A stretch of DNA of 64,000 nt from Oopsacas minuta (Eukaryota > Animalia > Porifera), in assembly GCA_024704765.1 (NCBI GenBank), contig JAKMXF010000299.1, forward strand, positions 310,001-374,000. The letters run 5' to 3'. Of the stretch, positions 42,012 to 53,200 are shown piece by piece (position 1 is the first letter of the stretch; each line of letters starts with the position of its first letter). Position numbers and translations under genes: made by a program. The notes beneath the pieces are model-generated. The model ran no database searches. It saw only the letters and a program-made list of their open reading frames with translations, and was not told where the DNA came from.

Positions 42012-43547
42012 ATGTTCCATCTATTTATTCCGATGATTCGCCTACCAAAATTCACCCTCAAAATCCCACAAAGCCTCCGATTATTATCAAGACTACCTCA
42101 AATGCAAGAAGATTACAATAACCTAATACAGAATATAACTTCTAATTTCAAAGTTAAAACTCAAAACCCTCATTCCGTATACGCTAACAAAATGGTTAAT
42201 CTGAGTGAAATCCATGTTTATGGCTTTGACTATGATTATACGTTAGTTCGTTATACGCCTGCTCTGATTAAAGAGATTTACAACAATTCAAAACAAGCAT
42301 TGGTAGAACAACTAAATTACCCAACGGGATTATATGATATACCATTCAACATCAAATTTTCCACCCGTGGTCTGCATTATGATATCGTAGAGGGTATTTT
42401 AATGAAAATAGATGGAACACATCGAATACAACTTGGTACGGCTTATATTGGTCACAGGCCTGTTAAAGATGATGACATAATTCGCATTTACGGTAGCACA
42501 CATATACCAATTAGTTTCATGAATGATACATATGGAAATGCACCAAGACATAAAAGACTAGTACATTTTATTGATAATTTCTCGAGTGCAGAGATAAATT
42601 TACTCACAGATGTAGCTGAGTTTTTTCTAAGTCGCAATATACCCTATGATCCTGTTAACCTATATACTGATGTGCATGATGCTGTACATGAAGTTCATGT
42701 TAAGCATCAATTACATGATGCTATTATTAATAATGTTGAAAAGTTTATTGAAAAACCTTCAAAAATTACACTTCTGCTTGAAAGACTTAAAAATGCTGGA
42801 AAGAAGACTTTCCTAGTAACGAATAGTCCATTTTATTTCATCGACGCAGGCCTCAAATATCTAACCGGTTATCCAGATTGGAAAGACTTGTTCGACTTAA
42901 TTATTATAGATGCTGGAAAGCCTGCGTTTTATACTGCAACCCGACCATTTCGGTTGTTAGAACCAAACTGTAAGTTTAAGAAATGGGACACTGTATCTGG
43001 TTTCCACCCTGGCAACGTATATTGCCAGGGGAATGTAACTGATCTTATGAAGTATTCAGGCTGGAATGGGCAGGAAGTAATATATATCGGTGACCACATG
43101 TACAGTGATTTGGTTGATCCTGTACTTAAATTTGGCTGGCGTTCAGGAGCAATTATTCCAGATTTAGAACGTGAAATAAATCGTATGAACACTAAAGAGT
43201 ATCAAATGACACTAACTACAGTGTTACAGTTGGAACAGTTAATCGCGAAATATACCCCTCTGGTTAATACAACCGCAGAAATACAAACTGTTGATTTTTG
43301 GGAAATAGAGCTAGCTAATGAGTTTAAGAATTTGAAGGAGAATTTTAACAAACAGTTTGGAAGTTTATTTCGTACAATCCACGGTACTTCTTATTTCTCG
43401 CGGCGTTTAGCACGTTTCGCAGATCTTTACACTGCTCGTGTTGATAATTTATTGAATTACAGTCTCTCTGAAAGATTTTATGGCAGAAGAATATCTTTAC
43501 CTCATGAAGCAGCCCTAGCCACTATAGATTACGAAAGAATTATATGA
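42012..43547 (+). CDS. 5'-nucleotidase domain-containing HAD hydrolase (NT5DC2/NT5DC3-like)
   Basis: VYGFDYDYTL (HAD motif I), RGLHYD, FLVTNSPF, AGKPAF, YIGDHMYSDL, GWRSGAIIP, FGSLFRT, RFADLYT, LPHE. Confidence 0.92.
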   Translation: MFHLFIPMIRLPKFTLKIPQSLRLLSRLPQMQEDYNNLIQNITSNFKVKTQNPHSVYANKMVNLSEIHVYGFDYDYTLVRYTPALIKEIYNNSKQALVEQLNYPTGLYDIPFNIKFSTRGLHYDIVEGILMKIDGTHRIQLGTAYIGHRPVKDDDIIRIYGSTHIPISFMNDTYGNAPRHKRLVHFIDNFSSAEINLLTDVAEFFLSRNIPYDPVNLYTDVHDAVHEVHVKHQLHDAIINNVEKFIEKPSKITLLLERLKNAGKKTFLVTNSPFYFIDAGLKYLTGYPDWKDLFDLIIIDAGKPAFYTATRPFRLLEPNCKFKKWDTVSGFHPGNVYCQGNVTDLMKYSGWNGQEVIYIGDHMYSDLVDPVLKFGWRSGAIIPDLEREINRMNTKEYQMTLTTVLQLEQLIAKYTPLVNTTAEIQTVDFWEIELANEFKNLKENFNKQFGSLFRTIHGTSYFSRRLARFADLYTARVDNLLNYSLSERFYGRRISLPHEAALATIDYERII

Positions 43548-43908
43548 CGTTTTTGTTCACATCTTATCGGTAATAAATTACTTAAATGATTATGTGTGAA
43601 TTTTATCCACTTACAATGGTCATATATATATTCGACTTTACAAGGCCTCTCTTCGATATTAATACGTACACTTATCAGATTTCATACTTCCTTTATATAA
43701 TTAACATCCTCTTATCGAACCTTTTGAGAAATCAAAATATGTTCTAAATGACTTTCCTTGATAACAAGAGTATTTAGAAAGTGTTAAAATTAATATCTTT
43801 GAAATGGAATTAAGCGATTTATTAATAATTATTGATATTATTATTTGATCTATTTTCGTGTAAGAAAGTTGATTAAAGTGCCGTTATGTGTGGTCATTAT
43901 AAATTCAC

Positions 43909-44080
43909 TACAGTTAACTTCTGTTATATCCAAATACCCGCTTATATCGAAGTCCGAATTTGTGCAAATATTGTTCCTGGCCCTCAGGGTAACATAATTT
44001 CCATCGGCTATATCAGCCTCGTTTCTATCGAAGCAATTATCGCAGTTCCTTGAGCTTCGATATACCCTGAGTTGACTATA
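43909..44080. mobile_element. MITE family A
   Basis: TA|CAGTTAACTTCTGTTATATC ... GATATACCCTGAGTTGACTA|TA. Confidence 0.8.
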
Positions 44081-44136
44081 TAATCTTATAACTCTCAGGG
44101 TTATTATTATCTTATCTTATCAAATAGATTTCTAAA

Positions 44137-45558
44137 ATGTTGAAATTAACCAAATACCGGAAATATCTTCCTCCTGACATTCTACTATTCTTCTTCATGT
44201 TAATCACTATATACATATACATAATACAACAACAGTTCATTTACTATCGTGTGTGTAAACTGATTGCAAGAAATAGCTGTAATTATACATTCTCACCTAA
44301 CGAGACATCAGATTGTACAGATAGTTCCCAAGTAGATAAAATCCAATCTCTGTCTTCATACTTGTATTTAGCATCCAATTTGGCAACTTCTATCCCTTCC
44401 ATTTTCACTAGTCTTATCCTCGGCCCTCTTACTGATATTGTAGGTAGAAAAATCGCGATTTACACCCCGATAATAGCACATATTCTCTCCGTGGTCTGTA
44501 TGATATGTGTGAATTATCTCAATCTACATCCTTATTACATTATAATCGGCTCGTTAATATCAGGTTTAGGAGGACACTACTCTGTGATGATTCTATCACT
44601 GAGTGCGTCTGTTGTTGACAGTGTATCGGCAAGATACAGAGTTGTCAGACTTGCCATTCTAGAAACTTCCATTACGTTTGCTTCTTTTGCTGGAAACTTT
44701 AGTGGTGGTCTCATTCTTGAAATAATTCATTTCAATTATTTCTTCGTTCTAAATATAATTCTGTTAACTTTCGTGCTTATATATTCAATACTTTTGAAAG
44801 AAACTGTTCAGCGAAAAAATATACGTTTTTCAAATATTTCAATCAAGAAAAGTATCATAAAATGTATAACTATTGTTTTCAAGCCGTTTCGATTATTTTG
44901 TACGAATAAAGAACCTTTAAAATTCACAGTACTTGTATTGGCTTTCGCATTCTCTTTGACAGCTATTTTCGGTACATTGGATCTATTCACGTTATACGCA
45001 CTGGGGCCTCCAATGTGTTGGTTACCGCATTTGATAGGTTACTTTTTCGCATTTAACTATTTAGGAGCTGCTTTAGGAATAATGCTTATACTACCCATCC
45101 TCATTAAATTTAAGATATCTGATTATATTCTAATAGCACTATCTTCATTGGATATAGTGATAGTATACATATTGATTGGTACATTTCAAACCCAATTGAT
45201 CCTTCTTGTTGCTGTTCCTATAATAGGTTGTCTGAGAATGTTAACTGCCCCTAGTGTCAAATCTGCGTTGTCTAGCTTAATCACACCAAAAGATCATGGT
45301 AGCCTATTCGCATTATTCTCAATAGAAACTGTTCTCGTTCAACTCGTATCTTCAGCTATTTTCAATGCAGTTTACCCTACTTTAAGAATTATATATCCTG
45401 GCCTAAGTTTCTATATTGTTGCAGCAGGTAGTATTATTCCTATTGCAGTGTGTATTATACTCTATGTATATGATAAATGTTGTGCGAAGGAAAGGAAAAT
45501 TTCTATACAGAATTCAGATAAAGGAGATGAAGAACAACCCCTTATTAATAGTAATTGA
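44137..45558 (+). CDS. MFS transporter of the SLC46 (PCFT-like) family
   Basis: About 12 TMs; LGPLTDIVGRK, ISGLGG, RVVRLAILE, LYALGPPMCW, SSLITPKDHGSLFA. Confidence 0.88.
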   Translation: MLKLTKYRKYLPPDILLFFFMLITIYIYIIQQQFIYYRVCKLIARNSCNYTFSPNETSDCTDSSQVDKIQSLSSYLYLASNLATSIPSIFTSLILGPLTDIVGRKIAIYTPIIAHILSVVCMICVNYLNLHPYYIIIGSLISGLGGHYSVMILSLSASVVDSVSARYRVVRLAILETSITFASFAGNFSGGLILEIIHFNYFFVLNIILLTFVLIYSILLKETVQRKNIRFSNISIKKSIIKCITIVFKPFRLFCTNKEPLKFTVLVLAFAFSLTAIFGTLDLFTLYALGPPMCWLPHLIGYFFAFNYLGAALGIMLILPILIKFKISDYILIALSSLDIVIVYILIGTFQTQLILLVAVPIIGCLRMLTAPSVKSALSSLITPKDHGSLFALFSIETVLVQLVSSAIFNAVYPTLRIIYPGLSFYIVAAGSIIPIAVCIILYVYDKCCAKERKISIQNSDKGDEEQPLINSN

Positions 45559-46273
45559 AAATGTTGTTTTGAAACTCGTATTAATTAATGTATATTTTGT
45601 TAGAATTTTTGGCTTTGTATATAAGCATTTTGATTTTTGAAAGATTTATTTAAATTTATATAACTCTAATCACTGCCACTATTTGACTAACTTCAAAGGC
45701 ATTTAATGAATGCAACAACAGCAAAGTGTGCAACGCCAGTATATGATTAATCATTAATTGAGTAATTTAATGATTAATTAGAAGATAATTTCAACTTCTA
45801 TTCTCTAAGTAAGCTATATAAATAGAAATAACTTAGCAGACAGTTTACCAACTCTGCATGATGTTTGATATTGTGATGATGACTCTTGTATTCTTAATTT
45901 ATTCAATTTTATACTATGGCCCTATTTCTCATAAGTTTATACCTGCGATACCCAATACAAATGCTTTCAATACTTGGGTTATTATTCTATTCAAAACATC
46001 ACTGTCATACCCTTTTCCAGCTTTACGAATCCTATGCAAAACATCCTGATTAGGCTTCTTTCGTCAACAATCTAATATAGATTGATAAAATTATCTCTCA
46101 ATCATATGAATATATATTTCTCTATTTACACTCGTGAGATATATAAATAAATGCCTACTGGTTGAATCTGTCCATAAGCTTCCTCAAATCAAAATTATAT
46201 ATTGTTTCATTTATTCACAAAATATTTTTCTTACTGTTAATCTTGATATAAATTTATTATCCCAACCAATCAA

Positions 46274-49200
46274 ATGTCCACGCATGAAGCGATAAATCGG
46301 CCTTTGCGAGCAATGGATCATCACGGGCATTATCATAGGAAATTTTTATTCGGCAAACATCGAAATAAACGATTAGACGAAGAGCGCAGTCCAAATGGAT
46401 CCTATGCTAGTTCTCAGCGAGTTGAAGAAGCTGAAGATTATGATGTTGAGAAGAATTCACCTCCCTCGAGCATTTCAAAAATGAGAAGAATAAATCGCGG
46501 GAATAATGCACTAACAACTCATAAAGTATTCATAGAATTAGAGGAATTGGATCAAGATGCTACTCATGACGTAGGTTGGAAAGAGACGGCTAGATGGATT
46601 AAATTTGAAGAAGATGTAAATAAAGTGAAGGGTGGTTTTGACAAGCCACGAGTTGCAACACTGTCATTTCATTCCTTATCTGATGTGAAGAAAGGCATAC
46701 AAACAGGCTGTGTTATCCTTGACCTAGAAGCTTCTTCACTTCCACAAGTTTCATTCAAAGTTGTAGACAAACTAATCCATGCCGGAAAACTTGATATGCT
46801 CAACAGGGAAGATGTGTTGAAGGCCCTTTTATTACGTCATCACCACGAACATCATCATAGTCTATGGGAAGATATCAAAAACTCATTTCACCTGCACTAC
46901 CACAGTAGGAGCCATTCTACCTCACAGTCGATTGATAATCAATCTCCTTACGAGCAGCCAAGAAATTTTCGAGGTCTCCTAACTCGTGCTAAAGCATTCA
47001 GCATCGACGACAGAGATGTTCCAGGTTCTTATGAAATGCGAAATAAACGCAGTTATCTAACTCGTTCTAAGGCAGTTAGCATTGATGAGATACCAGAAAT
47101 TAATCTATCAAAATACACACCTGAATTAGATAAAGCTATAACTATGACGGATGAAGACGATGCGTCTCATCACTCTCTTGTTCTCGATTCTAGTACTGAG
47201 GCTACTGCTGTTTTGGTAGGCCCATTGGAAAGTCTTGAAGAACCATTGTTAGCATTTGTACGTCTAAAAGAGGCAACTAAACTTGGAAACTTGCTTGAAG
47301 TTAATCTTCCTGTACGATTTCTATTCTTACTGCTAGGGCCAATAAATTGTGAATTGAATTATCATGAAATAGGGCGTTCTATTGCAACGCTAATGTCTAA
47401 CCAGGATTTCCTCGATTCTTTATACACAATGAAAACAGAGAGCGAGCTCTTAACAGCAATTGATTCTTTCCTTGACGAAAGCATAGTAGTGCCCCCGGGA
47501 GATTGGAATTTTTCACAAGCTGAAAAACCAATGATTGATAATTTTGAACTACCAGAAGGTATAAATACTGAATTCTATCTGAAACCGAATTTAATTCCAT
47601 TTTCTGGTCTCCTGCATGATATTAAGAATGTGTATAATCCGTGTCGATATTGGAGTGACTTTCGTGATGGTTTCAACTTTCAATGTCTGTGGGTTATTTG
47701 TTTCGTATTCTTTGCTTGTCTTGGGCCTACTCTGGTGTTTGGAGGTCTTTATGGTGAGAAGACACAGCAACAGATCGGTGAAATTGAATCACTTCTAGCT
47801 AGTTTAGTATTTGGAGTTATATTCTCGTTGTTTTCTGGACAACCCATTATGATACTTGGTGCTTCTGGTCCTCTGCTAATTTTCGATGAAATTATTTTCT
47901 CATTTTCTGAGAATATTTTGCAAGGTCATTTCTTGATATTCCGAGCATGGATCGGTGTTTGGCTGGCTATATTCTTGGTATTGGTCGTAGCATTGCAGGG
48001 GAGCTTTCTAGTGCGCTTTTTCACACGTTTTTCAGAGGAAATAATTGCATCACTCACGGTATGGATTTTTTTCATAGAAGCTATATTATATGTCCGTCAT
48101 TTAATCCAATGCTATCCAATCTCCGATTATTGCAATGACCATCATCCTAAAAATTATTCATCTCAATCCAACCAAACCAATTATCACTATGGAGCGAATA
48201 TTTCAAATGAATCAACTCAGATAGGAGTAGAAAGCTGTCATTATTCAGATGTAAATCCGTGTGAATCAAAACTCTTAGTCTCAAACACTGCTCTCTTCTC
48301 TATACTGCTTATAATTGGTACTTTTGGATTTCTTCTTGCAATCAGACATTTTAGACATAGCAAATTCTTCCGTCGTGTTGTACGCAATCGAATCAGTGAT
48401 TTCAATATTCTAATTTCCCTCACAGTTTTCACTATCATCTACTTATGTGTGAAGAGTACGATCTATGTGGAAACAGTCAGCATTTCAAAAGAGATCCTAC
48501 ATACAAGTACAAGTCGTGATTGGTTCATAAATCCTTTTGGTAATTTATTACCATTTTATTGGTGTATACTAGCATTTATTCCAGCTGCTTTTCTCTGTAT
48601 CCTGATCGTAATGGAAACACAACTAACTAACTTGTTAATTGCGAAAAAGCACCATTGTCTACAAAAACCACTGGGTTTTCATTTGGATCTTCTCTTGGTA
48701 GCTCTGTTCTCACTTGTTTCAGGATTTTTCGGTTTACCTTGGTTCTGTGGCGCTGCAATGCGTTCTTTACAACACGTACAATCTCTAGCTGTATACTCCA
48801 ATCGTGATACTCCAGGTGTAGTCCCTCATATCATCGGTATTCGTGAACAACGTATTACAAGTCTTTCTATACATATTCTAATTGGTATATGTATACCATT
48901 ACTTTGGGTTGCTAAAGTTCATCTGGGTGTATCTTTACCTGTTGCTGTATTATTTGGTGCTATTATCTATCTCGCGTATATTTCATGGAAAAGTTTACAA
49001 TTCGTGGTTCGAATCAAACTATTATTTATGCGTTCCAAACATCATCCAAATACTGTCTACGTGAAGAATGTAAGACCTTACCACATGCATGGTTTCACTA
49101 TAATACAAATTTTGTGCTTTTTAGTTATCCTTGGTTTTAAACTAGGCCCAGCTGTTTACTACACTCCATTGTTTTTCCCCATTCTCTGTGTTCTGCTGGT

Positions 49201-49336
49201 CCCATTCCGTAAGATTTGTTCAATTTTCTTCACACGTGAGGAGATGGAGGCATTAGACCATGAAGATGATAATCCGAAGGATCTCGGAGAGAATGACGAA
49301 CTCTCTGAATATGAAACGACACATATCCCTATCTAG
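46274..49336 (+). CDS. SLC4 bicarbonate/anion transporter, intronless, 1020 aa
   Basis: WKETARWIKFEEDV, VATLSFHSL, LPVRFLFLLLGP, YHEIGRSIATLMS, FSGQPIMILGASGPLLIF, FTRFSEE, LQKPLGFHLDL, IREQRITS. Confidence 0.95.
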   Translation: MSTHEAINRPLRAMDHHGHYHRKFLFGKHRNKRLDEERSPNGSYASSQRVEEAEDYDVEKNSPPSSISKMRRINRGNNALTTHKVFIELEELDQDATHDVGWKETARWIKFEEDVNKVKGGFDKPRVATLSFHSLSDVKKGIQTGCVILDLEASSLPQVSFKVVDKLIHAGKLDMLNREDVLKALLLRHHHEHHHSLWEDIKNSFHLHYHSRSHSTSQSIDNQSPYEQPRNFRGLLTRAKAFSIDDRDVPGSYEMRNKRSYLTRSKAVSIDEIPEINLSKYTPELDKAITMTDEDDASHHSLVLDSSTEATAVLVGPLESLEEPLLAFVRLKEATKLGNLLEVNLPVRFLFLLLGPINCELNYHEIGRSIATLMSNQDFLDSLYTMKTESELLTAIDSFLDESIVVPPGDWNFSQAEKPMIDNFELPEGINTEFYLKPNLIPFSGLLHDIKNVYNPCRYWSDFRDGFNFQCLWVICFVFFACLGPTLVFGGLYGEKTQQQIGEIESLLASLVFGVIFSLFSGQPIMILGASGPLLIFDEIIFSFSENILQGHFLIFRAWIGVWLAIFLVLVVALQGSFLVRFFTRFSEEIIASLTVWIFFIEAILYVRHLIQCYPISDYCNDHHPKNYSSQSNQTNYHYGANISNESTQIGVESCHYSDVNPCESKLLVSNTALFSILLIIGTFGFLLAIRHFRHSKFFRRVVRNRISDFNILISLTVFTIIYLCVKSTIYVETVSISKEILHTSTSRDWFINPFGNLLPFYWCILAFIPAAFLCILIVMETQLTNLLIAKKHHCLQKPLGFHLDLLLVALFSLVSGFFGLPWFCGAAMRSLQHVQSLAVYSNRDTPGVVPHIIGIREQRITSLSIHILIGICIPLLWVAKVHLGVSLPVAVLFGAIIYLAYISWKSLQFVVRIKLLFMRSKHHPNTVYVKNVRPYHMHGFTIIQILCFLVILGFKLGPAVYYTPLFFPILCVLLVPFRKICSIFFTREEMEALDHEDDNPKDLGENDELSEYETTHIPI

Positions 49337-50223
49337 CTTAATTTACAAACGATTTTTTCTATATTACCTTTATATTATCTACATTATTTCCCTAACATAA
49401 TTCTGATCAGTATTACTAATGAATAAGTATAAATTTTGTCTAGAATTTACAAGAATAGTGCGAATATATCAACCAATAGCGACAACATTTCCTTGCCGTT
49501 TCCTGTCCATGCATTATATTTTTGCAACTTAATCTTAAAATCAACAATTTATTACTAATTATATAGGAAAAATATTCGGGTTTACTCTACTGTGTAGACT
49601 GTAGGTGAATTGTAAAAAATATATATAGTAAATCTGTCCGGAAGAAATATATCATTATTGTAAATTCCGACTCATTTACATTACTACTATGATTTAAATT
49701 CAGGATGAACGTGGAGGGTATTATGATCATTATACGTATATATCTAAACATTAAGAATATCGTTAGTGAAATGGCCACCTGAGGATTTATTTTCCAATTA
49801 AAATAAGCCTTTTCAGAAATTGAGAAACGTATTTACTTTTGCGTATGATATACTAGTGGTTGAACCCCAAGATTTGACAACTAATGCTGGTCGAACAATT
49901 CAACTCTACTTGTTGTCTACTAAGTGTTAATAACTAATTAAAATTGAAATATAATGAATGTATTATTTGCAAATTACAGCCTGATTTATCACTATTGATT
50001 TCTCTGGTAAATTAGAGAATACAACAATACACATACTATCTCACATTACATCAAATGTAATATATGCCTGCTTACCATAAGAACAATTACCCAAGCATTT
50101 TACCCCTATTCACCTTATCTGCAAGGCACCCAACCATAATAGGTTATTGATTAGCATATGCTACAGTATTTATCGTGCTGTATGTATATTATTTCCATTA
50201 GCGAGTATCTGTGCTAAGACAAA

Positions 50224-53200
50224 ATGCATCATCCTTTGAGCAGACGAGGCTCTCAGGAATATATAAAGAGACCAAAGTCAGCTCAAGGCATTCTCAAGTG
50301 CCCTTCACCACTAACTATATGCTCGTTTGACGCAGATTTTCATTCACAAAGATCAACAGATTTAAGCCCACTTATTGATTATAATTTTTCACCACTCGAT
50401 CAAGTAAATCGTTCTAATTCACTCTCAATCGGAGGACTTCGACCACGTTGCTACACAAGTTCAGGAATACACCGCCCTACAAATCAAGCCCCCACAAACA
50501 AATCACATCCTCTACAATCCGCATTTCGTTCTCGGAGTATGAGTACACAACAGAATATGTTTACTCGTTTGCATGACCGTGAGCCTTTAGGTCAACGCAC
50601 ATCACTTCCAAGCCTAACCAATCTAAAACTCCGTCCTAATAATTCTTATATCAGCCAAACATTTGCTCCTTTATTTAAACACAGTATTTCTCTATCTGAT
50701 AACGATATTTCCCTCCTCTGGTCACGGAATAAAACGCAAGGGGAGAATATAGACACAGTTGATACATATTCTCTACGAGTAAAGCGATGGTTCTCTTCAC
50801 GAGCTGAGAGATTAAATGCTACAATGGCACCTAAAGCACATCCTTTCTCGCATCTTCTCTCCTTCAAATATGTGCAGTTTTCATGGTATAATGATACCTG
50901 TTATACTCGGTAAGTACAAGAATTTCAAATATTAATTAAATTCGTTTGTACGTATATAACAATATCTTTCATTGTATTGTAATTTGTCTATATTTTCTAG
51001 ATCAGCTGATAAATGTCGCGGTTGTGAAGGAGATTTCTTCCAACAAGAGCCCTGTCTCCTCCACGATAACAGACTCTGGCATTACGGCTGTCTACGGTGT
51101 GATGAGTGTAATCATGAAATTTTACCTAATACACCATATCTCTGTCCTGTTGATACAGATGTTAAACTGTCAGAAGTCAAACCTCTCTTGACAGGTACTC
51201 AGTCGTTAGGTAGAAAACGGAAATATTCTTTCTCCCCTGAATACTGGAAGGGAGTAACTCAGGTCATTTGTATGAAATGTGTTCCTACCTGTAATTCCTG
51301 TATTATGTCTATTCTGGAAAACCACGTTATGGCTCTGGGCAAGCATTGGCATCGTGAATGTTTCAGATGTTCTGCTTGTGGAGATGTAAGTTATTGCAAT
51401 ACTGTAGGTTCGGAATGTAATAACCCAGCGGTTCTCCTATGCCATTTTACCACATTCTGTGGACCCCTACTATCGTCCGTGGACCACCAAGGGTCCATAA
51501 ACCCTAGGTTGAGAATCTGACGGTATACGTACCAAATGTCCGTAATAAACTTAATTTTTAGGAATTGAATATTGGGATTATTTAGCCAAATTCACCATTA
51601 ACTTTGACAATTAATTATTTAGTGTAATCTGTATAATAAGTTCTCCACCATAATATATCTTATTAATATTCTTGATTTAATTAGACTTATCGTATGACAA
51701 ATAATTCTAAGATTGATTAGGTTATGAAAACGTTGAACCTTTTGAGGTTCAATTAGTTGGTCGTTTGAACAATGCGCTCTGTTAATTCTGATAATTATCA
51801 AAGACTTGGTTTATGATTTATTAACCTGATAATCGATAATCTTTAACGTGTACTGACGGAATGCCATATCTTATGGCGAATTCAATATATCTAAATAATG
51901 CATCGAAGCTAAATTTACCGTATTGTAATCAATGAATTTTGAAAGTAGGGAAATTGTTTTTAATGGTATTAATAATTAACTATCTAGATTACATCTAAAA
52001 TGCATCTAATGATTTTTAAATTTAGCAAACGTTGCGGTTTGCTGACATCTTGTATGGGGCTGGGTCTCAGTGTAATTGGGTGAATTTATGCTCGGAACAA
52101 AATTTGGTTGTAATTATATAATTATATCTTGAAATATTCTCCTCAGGGCATTTTATAATTCACTATTAACTCATAATCCCACCTCTTAGCGTCTCGGAGA
52201 TAATTCTAAAGTATATGGTAAGAAAGGAGACGCGTGTTGTTCAAGATGTATTCTTCCTCTATTCGGGCAAGCTCTAATGGATCCTAAACTGCTACGAAGT
52301 GCTCTTAGTCTTGAATCATCAGATGATGATACTCCAGTAGATGACAACCAAGCTCCAACCAACTTTGGAATTTGTAGAGAAAATAGTCTTCTATTTTCAA
52401 GTGTAACAGAAATGGCATCTGCGTTTGCTTACGCTCTATCAGTAAGTTACTTAATTATGCATTATCAGTTCGAAAATATTGAAATTCTGGTTTAGAACTC
52501 GCTACAAATGTGGACAAAAGTTTTAGGATAATTATTCTAAAATGGTTGTACAAACCACGTTTTCAGCATAATCGATTCGTAATAATCTCTTCTAAGAATT
52601 CTAAGTATTATACTTATCACCTAACTAGTATTAATCAGATATATATATATATATATATATATATATGGACATCCTGTATTAACTTGAGAATATATTCAAA
52701 CTAATTTTAATGAATAATTATAATACAGCACTACCATCCTAATGCTAATCTGTACTAATCACTTAAAGGCCACAAGTTAGTCATTTGATTAATCAAACGT
52801 AATTAAAGTATTTGCATAATTTTACAACACATTTATTTGTATTGTGTAATAAGGTATGGGTAGGTAAGGGTTATCATCTAACCGGCTCGATTATTATTAA
52901 TATATACATTCTGTATTTAGGTCATGTTAATTTATGATTACTTGGAAATGTACAGTCGTAAAGTATGTAGACCCACTGTCGTAATTCATTATCTGCATCT
53001 GGTACCCTAACTTCTTCATCCGAAGCATTTCGGTTACACGGACACTTTCGACAAGATTCATTTGTGGTCATTTCTCAATAATTATTAAAATTACACCTGT
53101 CTTAGCATGTTACATTCCTGTTAAGATTACGTAATCCTTTTTTGAGATTACAGAATACTGTGTTCATATTAATTAATAAATACGTATTTGACCATAATAT

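Noticed and set aside
52915-53070. Short open frames on both strands between the LIM exon and ANKRD60 (minus MTTNESCRKCPC...; plus micro-exon VMLIYDYLEMYSRK at 52921-52962)
   Set aside because: Neither has homology support, and the host gene joins in frame without them; left unresolved.
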